Shown: piece after piece, positions 22,081 through 30,183 of the stretch
How positions within the stretch are numbered: the stretch's first letter is position 1
Layout: the number at the start of each line of letters is the position of its first letter
Assembly: GCA_934098505.1 (NCBI GenBank)
Contig: CAKOOR010000004.1
Location: 1 to 32,000 of the forward strand
Source: an uncultured Bacilli bacterium
Lineage (GTDB): Bacteria > Bacillota_I > Bacilli_A > RF39 > UBA660
DNA: 32,000 bases
Direction of reading: 5' to 3'
The notes under the pieces: model-generated
What the model saw: the letters and a program-made list of their open reading frames with translations, nothing else
Database searches by the model: none
Told to the model about the DNA's origin: nothing
Translations under genes and position numbers: made by a program

Positions 22081-23833
22081 ATTATTTAAAAATTTTACTA
22101 AAAAAGATGTATGTATGATAATTGTAAGCATTGTCTTAATAGTATTTCAAGTTTGGTTAGATTTAAAATTACCAGATTATATGTCAGCTATTACAAGACT
22201 TGTTCAAACTGATGGCGCCCTTATGGCTGATATTTTACGTCAAGGTGGCTATATGTTACTTTGTGCTTTCGGTTCTTTAATATCCGCTTGTATAGTTGGC
22301 TTTTTAGCTAGTAACTTATCAGCCAATTTTTCTTATACTTTAAGAAGCAAAGTATATAATAAAGTTTTAAACTTAAGTACAGCGGAAGTTAAACAATTCC
22401 AAACTAGTAGTTTAATTACTCGTACAACTAACGATATTACTCAGTTAGAAATGCTTATCTCAATTGGCTTACAATTACTTATTAAAGCTCCAATTATGGC
22501 AGTATGGGCTATTACTAAAATTCTAAATAAATCTTTAGAATGGAGTATGTTAACCGCTGGTTGTGTTGTTGTTTTACTTTGCGTTGTTATTGGCTTAATG
22601 CTAATTGTTTTACCAAGATTTGAACGTGTTCAAAAATTAATTGATAAAATTAATAATGTTACTCGTGAATCTATTACCGGTATACGTGTTATTAGAGCTT
22701 TTAATGCTGAAAAATACCAAGAAGATCGGTTTGGAAAAGTAAATGAAGATTTAACTAACATGCAATTATTTAACCAAAAATGCTTTGCTATTTTAAATCC
22801 TATTATGATGTTAGTTATGAATGGCTTGACTTTAGGTATTTATGCGATCGGAACTTTCTTAATCAATAATGCTGTTATTAGTGTTAAGATTAGTTTGTTT
22901 AGTGATATGGTTATTTTCTCCAGTTATGGTATGCAGGTTATCATGTCATTCTTAATGCTAGCTATGATTTTCATGATGTGGCCTCGTGCCCAAATTTCTG
23001 CCCGTCGTATTAATGAAGTTTTAGACTGCAAAATTAGTATTGAAGATGGTAACGATGATATCAAACCAACCGAGGTCGGGACGGTTGAATTTAAAAATGT
23101 ATCCTTCAAATATCCTGATGCTGATGAGTATTTGCTCCGCAACATTTCCTTTAAGGTAAATAAGGGCGAAACCATTGCGTTTATTGGTTCTACTGGTTCT
23201 GGTAAGAGTAGTCTTATTAACCTAGTACCAAGATTTTACGATGCAACCGATGGCGAAGTTTTAGTCGATGGTATTAATGTCAAAAAATATTCTTTAGAAG
23301 AATTACATAACAAATTAGGATATATTCCGCAAAAAGCTGTTATGTTTACAGGGACAGTAAAGAGTAATGTCGCTTATGGTACTAAAAAAGGTAAGAAACC
23401 TAGTGCCCAAAAGGTAAGCGAGGCCATTAAAATTGCTCAAGCCGAAGAATTTGTATCGAAAATGGAAAATGGCATTGATGCTCATATTGCTCGTGGTGGA
23501 ACCAATGTATCCGGTGGTCAAAAACAACGTTTAGCCATTGCTAGAAGTATTGCTAGGGATCCAGAAATTTATATCTTCGATGACTCTTTCTCAGCACTTG
23601 ATTATAAAACCGATGCTACTTTAAGAAGTGAATTAAAAAAATATACTAAAGATGCTACTAGTATGATCGTAGCTCAAAGAATCGGTACTATTATTAATGC
23701 TGATAAAATTGTTGTTTTAGATAAAGGTACTTGTGTTGGTATTGGTACCCATCAAGAACTATTAAAAAATTGTGAAGTCTATAAAGAAATAGCCCTTTCA
23801 CAATTATCAAAGGAGGAGTTAGAAAATGCCTAG
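22073..23833 (+). CDS. ABC exporter permease/ATPase subunit carrying the degenerate (non-catalytic) nucleotide-binding site
   Basis: The ORF opens at 22055, but ATG 22073 (MFKLFKNF) has RBS GAGGAAG 4 nt upstream (GAGG core 7 nt upstream) and overlaps the marR stop (ATGTTTAA). Six-TM domain plus NBD: Walker A GSTGSGKSS, signature VSGGQKQRLAIAR, Walker B IYIFDDSFSALD (Asp in place of the catalytic Glu), and AQRIGT in place of the H-loop His. These substitutions match LmrC/TM287/BmrC-type subunits. Confidence 0.88.
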   Translation: MFKLFKNFTKKDVCMIIVSIVLIVFQVWLDLKLPDYMSAITRLVQTDGALMADILRQGGYMLLCAFGSLISACIVGFLASNLSANFSYTLRSKVYNKVLNLSTAEVKQFQTSSLITRTTNDITQLEMLISIGLQLLIKAPIMAVWAITKILNKSLEWSMLTAGCVVVLLCVVIGLMLIVLPRFERVQKLIDKINNVTRESITGIRVIRAFNAEKYQEDRFGKVNEDLTNMQLFNQKCFAILNPIMMLVMNGLTLGIYAIGTFLINNAVISVKISLFSDMVIFSSYGMQVIMSFLMLAMIFMMWPRAQISARRINEVLDCKISIEDGNDDIKPTEVGTVEFKNVSFKYPDADEYLLRNISFKVNKGETIAFIGSTGSGKSSLINLVPRFYDATDGEVLVDGINVKKYSLEELHNKLGYIPQKAVMFTGTVKSNVAYGTKKGKKPSAQKVSEAIKIAQAEEFVSKMENGIDAHIARGGTNVSGGQKQRLAIARSIARDPEIYIFDDSFSALDYKTDATLRSELKKYTKDATSMIVAQRIGTIINADKIVVLDKGTCVGIGTHQELLKNCEVYKEIALSQLSKEELENA

Positions 23834-26012
23834 ACCTATGCATGCTACTAACGAAAAATCAAAAGATTTCGTTGGTTCAATCAAAAGATTACTTCTTAAT
23901 CTAAAACCATGGAAAATTCTTATGGGGTTAGCTATTACTTTAGCTTTCTTATCTGCTATTTTATCCCTTACTGCTCCCAATAAATTATCAAGTTTAACTG
24001 ATGTTATAACTAATGGTATCAAGCCTAATACTGAGGTCTTACAAACTGTTATTAAAGAAATTAGTAATAACTTTAATAGTGAGGCAATGAGTGAAAAAAC
24101 AATGCTTATTTTAACTAGTGAAGATGTTAGTATTGAAGATAAAGCTACTTATCAAGCCTTCTTAAATAAAATGCAAGGTAGCACTGCAATGGCTAATAGT
24201 AGTGAAAATACTACTGATAATAAAGAAATGTTAAAATCAATTCTTAATTTACCAAGTAGCGTTTTAAATATTTTAATTGATGATATTGAAGTAAATGGAA
24301 CTAAAATTAGTAAGGAAGATGAAATTGCTTTTCTTAACTCAGTTATCGATATTGATTCTAGTGTGGTAACTGATGATACATTAAAAGTAATGGATAATCT
24401 GCCTGTATCAATTTATGATTTAGTTAAACCAACGATGGATCTTACGGCTGCTAAAAAAATTATAATAACTTTAGTTTGCCTATATTTACTAAGTGCTTTA
24501 TTTAACTATATTCAAAGCTATTCTATGACTACGGTATCTAATGGCTTTGCTAAAAATTTAAGAACTAATATCTCTACTAAGATAAATAAATTGCCATTAA
24601 AATTCTTTGATTCTCATGAAATAGGGGATATCTTAAGTCGTGTTACTAATGATGTTGATACTATTGCCCAAAATTTAAATCAAAGTTTGGCTACTTTAAT
24701 TAGTTCTGTTACGTTGTTTATTGGTTCTATCATTATGATGTTTACAACTAACTGGGTAATGGCGATAACGGCTATCCTTTCAACTCTTTTTGGTTTTACT
24801 TTTATGATTTCTATTTTAAAGAAATCGCAAAAGTATTTTATTGCTCGTCAAGAAGAACTAGGTAATATTAATGGTCATATTGAAGAAATTTATAGCGGTC
24901 ATAATGTGGTTGAATGTTATAATGCCAAAACAGAAGTTACTAATACTTTTAATGAATTAAATGGCAGATTACGTGAATGTAATAAAAAAAGTCAGTTCTT
25001 ATCTGGTCTTATGCAACCAATGATGGGCTTTATTGGTAACTTTGGTTACGTTATGGTTTGTATTGTTGGGGCTTTACTTACCATGAAAGGCTATATCACT
25101 TTTGGTGTTATCGTTGCCTTTATGATTTATGTTCGCCTATTTACTAATCCACTTTCCCAAATTGCGCAAGCGATGACTTCACTTCAAACAACGGCAGCTG
25201 CCTCAGAACGTGTCTTTGAATTCCTAGATGAAAAGGAAATGCCTAGTGAAAGTGATAAAACTAAAACTTTAGATAAGACTAAAGTTAAAGGTAATATTGA
25301 ATTTAAAAATGTTAAATTCGGTTATGATGACTCACGTTTAATAATTAAGAACTTCTCAGCTAGTGCTCATCCTGGTGAAAAAATAGCTATCGTTGGTCCA
25401 ACCGGCGCTGGTAAAACCACTATGGTTAACTTGCTAATGAAATTTTATGATATAAATTCTGGCGATATCTTAATCGATGGCGTTTCTACTAAAGATTTAA
25501 CAAGAAAAAATATTCATGACTTATTTGTCATGGTATTACAAGATACATGGTTATTTGATGGCACTATTCGTGATAATATTAAATTTAATCAAGAAAATGT
25601 TACTGATGAAGAAATTTGGACTGCTTGTAAAACCGTTGGCGTTGATCACTTCATTAAAACTTTACCAGGCGGCTTAGACTGTGTAATTGGCGAAAATGAT
25701 TCTATTAGTGGCGGTCAAAAGCAACTACTAACTATCGCTCGTGGTATGATTGAAGATGCACCTTTCTTAATCTTAGATGAAGCTACATCAAACGTTGATA
25801 CCAGAACCGAGGAACTAGTTCAAAAAGCAATGGACAAATTAATGGAAGGTCGTACCTCATTTATTATTGCTCACCGTTTATCAACTATTAGAAATGCTAA
25901 TCTTATCCTTGTTATGAACGAAGGTAATATTATTGAGCAAGGTACTCACGAAGAATTAATGCAAAAAAACGGTTTTTATGCTGATTTATATAATTCTCAA
26001 TTTAAAAAATAA
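23826..26012 (+). CDS. ABC exporter permease/ATPase subunit with the consensus catalytic site and an enlarged first extracellular loop
   Basis: 728 aa. RBS AGGAGG. Overlaps the upstream stop by 8 nt. Walker A GPTGAGKTT, signature ISGGQKQLLTIAR, Walker B FLILDEATSNVD, H-loop AHRLST. About 150 extra residues lie between TM1 (ITLAFLSAILSL) and TM2 (IIITLVCLYLLSALF). Confidence 0.9.
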   Translation: MPRPMHATNEKSKDFVGSIKRLLLNLKPWKILMGLAITLAFLSAILSLTAPNKLSSLTDVITNGIKPNTEVLQTVIKEISNNFNSEAMSEKTMLILTSEDVSIEDKATYQAFLNKMQGSTAMANSSENTTDNKEMLKSILNLPSSVLNILIDDIEVNGTKISKEDEIAFLNSVIDIDSSVVTDDTLKVMDNLPVSIYDLVKPTMDLTAAKKIIITLVCLYLLSALFNYIQSYSMTTVSNGFAKNLRTNISTKINKLPLKFFDSHEIGDILSRVTNDVDTIAQNLNQSLATLISSVTLFIGSIIMMFTTNWVMAITAILSTLFGFTFMISILKKSQKYFIARQEELGNINGHIEEIYSGHNVVECYNAKTEVTNTFNELNGRLRECNKKSQFLSGLMQPMMGFIGNFGYVMVCIVGALLTMKGYITFGVIVAFMIYVRLFTNPLSQIAQAMTSLQTTAAASERVFEFLDEKEMPSESDKTKTLDKTKVKGNIEFKNVKFGYDDSRLIIKNFSASAHPGEKIAIVGPTGAGKTTMVNLLMKFYDINSGDILIDGVSTKDLTRKNIHDLFVMVLQDTWLFDGTIRDNIKFNQENVTDEEIWTACKTVGVDHFIKTLPGGLDCVIGENDSISGGQKQLLTIARGMIEDAPFLILDEATSNVDTRTEELVQKAMDKLMEGRTSFIIAHRLSTIRNANLILVMNEGNIIEQGTHEELMQKNGFYADLYNSQFKK

Positions 26013-26021
26013 CGACTTTAA

Positions 26022-26056
26022 AGAATCATTATTTGCAATAATGGTTCTTTTCTTTT
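26022..26056 (+). terminator. Rho-independent terminator of the ABC operon
   Basis: AGAATCATTATT-TGC-AATAATGGTTCT (12-bp stem with one G-T wobble) followed by TTTCTTTT. Confidence 0.65.
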
Positions 26057-26081
26057 ATAATACTAACGAAGGAGGTCATTT

Positions 26082-26843
26082 ATGTTTACAAATGATACCA
26101 ACTATTTAGATCAACATTTTTTAATTGATACAAATATTATTGCAAAGTACATTGCTTTTCCTAAATTTACGAAGAAAGATATAGTTTTAGAAATTGGCCC
26201 TGGACAGGGGACTCTAACAAAGTTAATAGCACCGCAAGTAAAAAAAATGTATGCTATTGAATTAGATAAAAGATTAAAGAATTATTTAGAAACAATACCA
26301 AATTTAGAGGTTATTTGGGGAAGTGTCTTAGATGTTACGATACCCAAAGTAGATAAAGTTATTACCTCACTTCCTTACAGTATTATTGAACCCTTTATTT
26401 ATAAAATGATTACGACTGATTTTAAAGAAATGTATATGTTAATGGGTGATAAATTTGTTTTAAATGTCGTCAATCATGAAATTACAAAATTAAGTGTTAT
26501 TACTAATAGTTTCTTTCAAACTAAAATCTTATTAGAAGTACCACCAAAATCTTTTGATATTCCTCCACGTACTAATTCTTATATTGTTAAAATGCAAAAG
26601 ATTACCAAGCCTTTAACTAAAAAGTATCAAATTTATCGTGAATTGTATTTACTAGATATTAAGAAACTAAAGAATAGTTTGATGGAAGCTTTAATAAAAC
26701 TTAATAATTTAACGAAAAGAGAAGCGAAAGAACTTATCAAAAGACTTAATATTTCAGAAGAAATATTAAATGAAAATTTTGCTAACTTAAGTAATAATAA
26801 TTTAAAATTACTAGATAAAGCCTTAGAAAAGCTAGAAAATTAA
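26082..26843 (+). CDS. rRNA adenine N6-methyltransferase family protein (KsgA/RsmA-Erm family, divergent)
   Basis: 253 aa. RBS GGAGG. LDQHFLIDTNIIAKYI (family GQNFL.D motif, here degenerate), SAM motif VLEIGPGQGTLT, AIELDKRL, and catalytic motif SLPYSIIEP (family N[LI]PY). Confidence 0.7.
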   Translation: MFTNDTNYLDQHFLIDTNIIAKYIAFPKFTKKDIVLEIGPGQGTLTKLIAPQVKKMYAIELDKRLKNYLETIPNLEVIWGSVLDVTIPKVDKVITSLPYSIIEPFIYKMITTDFKEMYMLMGDKFVLNVVNHEITKLSVITNSFFQTKILLEVPPKSFDIPPRTNSYIVKMQKITKPLTKKYQIYRELYLLDIKKLKNSLMEALIKLNNLTKREAKELIKRLNISEEILNENFANLSNNNLKLLDKALEKLEN

Positions 26844-26931
26844 CAAAAGCCAAAAAAAATCGCAGAAAAAGTAAGAAAAGCCTTGCTTTTTTTTTAGAAT
26901 AATTATACAATTATATTGCGTTGGAAGTTTT

Positions 26932-27008
26932 GCACCCATAGCGCAATTGGATAGAGCGTTAGACTACGGATCTAAAGGTTAGGGGTTCGACTCCCTTTGG
27001 GCGCACCA
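26932..27008 (+). tRNA. tRNA-Arg (anticodon ACG)
   Basis: Hand-folded cloverleaf. Anticodon stem TTAGA/TCTAA, loop CTACGGA, T loop TTCGACT, encoded CCA. Two stem mismatches are noted (A3-C70 and G12-A23). Confidence 0.85.
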
Positions 27009-27015
27009 CGTATTT

Positions 27016-27092
27016 CGGGAAGTAGCACAGCTTGGTAGTGCACCTGGTTTGGGACCAGGGGGTCGCAGGTTCGAATCCTGTCTTCCCGACCA
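27016..27092 (+). tRNA. tRNA-Pro (anticodon TGG)
   Basis: Hand-folded cloverleaf. Acceptor CGGGAAG/CTTCCCG, D stem GCAC/GTGC, anticodon stem CCTGG/CCAGG with loop TTTGGGA, T loop TTCGAAT, encoded CCA. Confidence 0.92.
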
Positions 27093-27228
27093 TTTTAGAT
27101 TATTAATGCCGTTTTTTGCGGTATTTTTTTATTCCCCCCTGGCTCCAAATAAGTGGCACATCAATCCGTGCTACATATAAGAATAAAGAGCCTGTATATC
27201 AAATATAATCAAAAAAAAGGTGATATTT

Positions 27229-27705
27229 ATAAAAGAAAAAGATAAATTATTTTAATATTATAATTTTGCATTAAGAACGCTAGAAATCGAAATAAATATT
27301 TTAGTAGATGAGTTTGTTTTTAACCACGGGTATAATCCAGTTGAACATATTAAATCACGAATTAAAAGTGAAAAGAGTATAAAAAATAAATTAAAAGACA
27401 AAGGATATGATTATACTCCAAGTAATATTAAAAAATATATTCACGATGTTGTTGGTATTAGAATAGTTGTATCATTCTTAAGTGATGTTTACGATATTGT
27501 AACTGTTCTCAAAAATAGTCAAGATTTAATAATCGTCAAACAACAAGACTATATCATTGAGTATAAATTTAATAACGCTGATAAAATACCTTTAGAAGTC
27601 TATGATAAAATGTATGAAAATTCTCTTATTATTAAAGAATTAGACAAAAAGATGATGCATTTAAACGAAGTAGTTAACAAATATGAAAATAAAGATAAAA
27701 AGTAA
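27229..27705 (+). pseudogene. Small alarmone synthetase (RelP/RelQ-type RelA_SpoT domain) pseudogene
   Basis: Not in the ORF track because it has no ATG. RBS AAGGTGA is followed by ATA at 27229 where a start codon is expected, and there is an in-frame TAA at 27253. The translation YYNFALRTLEIEINILVDEFVFNHGYNPVEHIKSRIKSEKSIKNKL...YIHDVVGIRIVVSFLSDVYDIVTVLKNSQDLIIVKQQDYII is collinear with B. subtilis RelP (YwaC, sequence recalled from memory). It then jumps straight to the C-terminal EYKFNNADKIP...LDKKM segment, skipping the catalytic PKPNGYRSLH...EIQIRT block. Confidence 0.75.
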
Positions 27706-27769
27706 AAAATCGAGGAGTAATTAAACTGACAACAAGAAAGCTGGTCAGTTTATTATCCTTGATTTTTTA
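27704..27769. terminator. Bidirectional terminator between convergent genes
   Basis: Nested hairpin. Outer stem AATCGAGGA / TCCTTGATT and inner stem AAACTGAC / GTCAGTTT. Flanked by an A run on the left and a T run on the right. Confidence 0.6.
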
Positions 27770-27791
27770 TTAAATACAATTATTTATAATT

Positions 27792-28541
27792 CTATATATT
27801 ACTTATGTCTATTTTAGTGAATAGCTTATTTATATTTTTTTCATCAATTTCAAATGTGGTTCCCTTATCTTGGATTTTTCCATATTTTTCCTGAGAAGTA
27901 TAAAAAGAAATCTTCATATTTATTCCAATATCACCAGTGGAAATTAAATCTAAAAAGCAATCAAAACTTCTTAATTTGTATAATTTAAAATTATGATATT
28001 TAAAATAAACATCATCTTTATATTTCTTCTTTTCTACTGGAATTAAAGCCAAATAATTTAGTTTCATATTTAAACGATTTTCCAATTGTTCAAAAGACCA
28101 AGAAATATTTTTATTGATATAATTTGTATACCTGTTTTTAACAACCAACCATATTTTTTTATGAACTTTATCAACTTCTAATTTAAATTCTTTAAATAAG
28201 CCAATTTTGGTAAATTTATTACCGTAAATTTTGCCAAAAAATACTTTATACTTTCGATCTTTCCTACTAGGCCAACCATATCGAATTAAAATTTCTTTAA
28301 GCGCTAGTGGTCTATTATCAGGAACCATTGAGAAAAGGCCAATATGAGGTTCACTATATAAAAATTTAGTTTTTAACTCGATTCCATAATAATCAGCAAT
28401 AATTAAATTATCATCTTCTTTACCTAACAAATTTTCTAACATTTTACCAGCGGCACTTGTACCTTTTTCTGTATTTTTAATCCAATTTTTACATTGAATT
28501 TTATAAAACTCTATTTTTAATTTTTTAATATTATCATTCAT
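27792..28541 (-). CDS. PD-(D/E)xK nuclease of the MvaI/BcnI-MutH-Sau3AI type (putative type II restriction endonuclease)
   Basis: 249 aa. RBS AGGAGG. GTSAAGKMLENLLGKEDDNLIIADYYGIELKTK gives D50-x4-E55-x-K57. This is the same spacing as the D-x4-E-x-K catalytic triad I recall for BcnI, and the G..G...E.llG.......D..giELK pattern is shared with MutH. Size is similar to BcnI and MvaI. Confidence 0.6.
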   Translation of the reverse strand: MNDNIKKLKIEFYKIQCKNWIKNTEKGTSAAGKMLENLLGKEDDNLIIADYYGIELKTKFLYSEPHIGLFSMVPDNRPLALKEILIRYGWPSRKDRKYKVFFGKIYGNKFTKIGLFKEFKLEVDKVHKKIWLVVKNRYTNYINKNISWSFEQLENRLNMKLNYLALIPVEKKKYKDDVYFKYHNFKLYKLRSFDCFLDLISTGDIGINMKISFYTSQEKYGKIQDKGTTFEIDEKNINKLFTKIDISNI

Positions 28542-28924
28542 TCAAAAACCTCCTGTTTATAAAAAATTAAAATATTTAAAGTTAAAAAACTTTAATAATT
28601 AGTTATAGATTTTAGCATAATAGCTTTAATTGTTAAAGCGTAAATTATTAAAATAGCCATAAAAGTTCTGATGTTAGAAGTATTCTTGATTATTTTGATA
28701 TTCATTTAATTATTTTTATAATGTTTTTCAATTATAAAGGTTACAGTTTATAAATAACTAATATCTATAATTAAAAGAAATATAAATTTACAATGTAATT
28801 ACAAGTGCTGCTAAACTTTCTTTCAAATAAATATCTAGCTTTTACTTATCATTTTTGCTAAAATACATCTTAGAAAGGAAATAGCTTAATTTTAAAATAA
28901 AACTAAGCTTTAATAGCCTGAAGA

Positions 28925-30061
28925 ATGAATGAAGAATTATTTACTAAAATAAAAGAGAATATGAATCATGATGCCTTTTTAGGACCGCTTGCCTCTAAAA
29001 ACAGTGAAGCTATTCGCTTACATGAAGAAAAAGATGATATAAGACCACCTTATTTTCATGATACAGATAGAATTATTTATTCCCTTGCTTATACTAGATA
29101 TATCAATAAGACCCAAGTATTTACTGATACGCTAAACGATAATATAACAAGACGCAGTACTCATGTGCAACTAGTAAGTAAAATTGCCAGAACCATAGGC
29201 AGAGCACTTGGTCTTAATGAAGATTTAATCGAAGCTGCAAGCCTTGGTCACGATATTGGGCATACACCTTTAGGACATGCTGGCGAAGCAATCTTAAATG
29301 ACATTTCCATGCAAGTAGGAGAAGGGTATTTTAATCATAATATTCAAAGTGTTCGTAAACTTGAATTTATTGAGAATAAAGGTGTTGGCTTAAATTTAAC
29401 CATGCAAGTTATTGATGCCATCATGTGTCATAATGGTGAATTAGAATTAGAATGTTATAAACCTAAAAAGAAGACATTTCAAGATATATTAGATGAATAT
29501 CATAAGACTTACCAAGAAAAAGATGCCAATACTTCTTTAATCCCTTGTACCTTAGAAGGCTGTGTCGTAAGAATTAGTGATATCATCTCCTATCTTGGCC
29601 GTGATATTGAAGATGCCCTAAGACTGCATACTTTAAGTAAAAATGATTTACCTAAAGATATTATGGATGTAACCGGGTATACCAACAAAGAAATAGTTAA
29701 TTACTTTATTAATGATATTATTATCAATAGTTATGGCAAAGACTATATAAAAATGAGTAAACCGGCCTTTGAAAACTTAAAAAAACTTAAAAAATTTAAT
29801 TATGAATATATTTATAGCCAGGCTAATAGTAAAGAAACACTAGCTAAATGGCATACCATGATGGAAAAATTATTTAAATTATCTTTAAAAGATTTGCAAG
29901 AAGAAAATAAAACCAGTAATATTTATATTTATTTTTATAAATACATGAATGCTGATTATAAGCAAAATACTACGAAAGAAAGAGTAGTAATCGACTATAT
30001 TTCGGGAATGACTGATCGTTTCTTTATAAAATCTTGTGAAGATTTAAATCTTCACATATAA
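28925..30061 (+). CDS. dGTPase-like deoxynucleoside triphosphate triphosphohydrolase (HD domain)
   Basis: 378 aa. FHDTDRIIYS, TRRSTHVQLVSKIARTIGRALGLNEDLIEAASLGHDIGHTPLGHAGE, and the C-terminal VIDYISGMTDRF motif typical of the Dgt family. Confidence 0.85.
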   Translation: MNEELFTKIKENMNHDAFLGPLASKNSEAIRLHEEKDDIRPPYFHDTDRIIYSLAYTRYINKTQVFTDTLNDNITRRSTHVQLVSKIARTIGRALGLNEDLIEAASLGHDIGHTPLGHAGEAILNDISMQVGEGYFNHNIQSVRKLEFIENKGVGLNLTMQVIDAIMCHNGELELECYKPKKKTFQDILDEYHKTYQEKDANTSLIPCTLEGCVVRISDIISYLGRDIEDALRLHTLSKNDLPKDIMDVTGYTNKEIVNYFINDIIINSYGKDYIKMSKPAFENLKKLKKFNYEYIYSQANSKETLAKWHTMMEKLFKLSLKDLQEENKTSNIYIYFYKYMNADYKQNTTKERVVIDYISGMTDRFFIKSCEDLNLHI

Positions 30062-30183
30062 AAAACAAATATATAAATAAAACAAAATACTTTATATTAT
30101 CCAAGTGAAATGTCAATAATTTTTGTAAAGTTAAATTGACTTTTTCCACGTTTAATAAGATAATAGATGTAGAGGTGAAAATT

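Noticed and set aside
22924-24022. Three short minus-strand ORFs (22924..23175, 23315..23527, 23819..24022) within the ABC transporter genes
   Set aside because: They are antisense to genes with complete Walker, signature and TM features, and there is no independent support for them.
26082-26843. Calling the methyltransferase an Erm macrolide-resistance determinant
   Set aside because: Motif I (VLEIGPGQGTLT) and the AIELD segment look closer to KsgA/RsmA than to Erm. Without a phylogeny, only the family-level call is justified.
27093-27230. att-like direct repeat of the tRNA-Pro 3' end that would delimit an integrated element
   Set aside because: I scanned by eye for CTTCCCGACCA-like copies downstream and found none. 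No integrase gene is present.
30136-30183. TTG 30136 as start of the last gene
   Set aside because: It has no RBS, whereas the in-frame GTG at 30184 follows AGAGGTGA by 5 nt.
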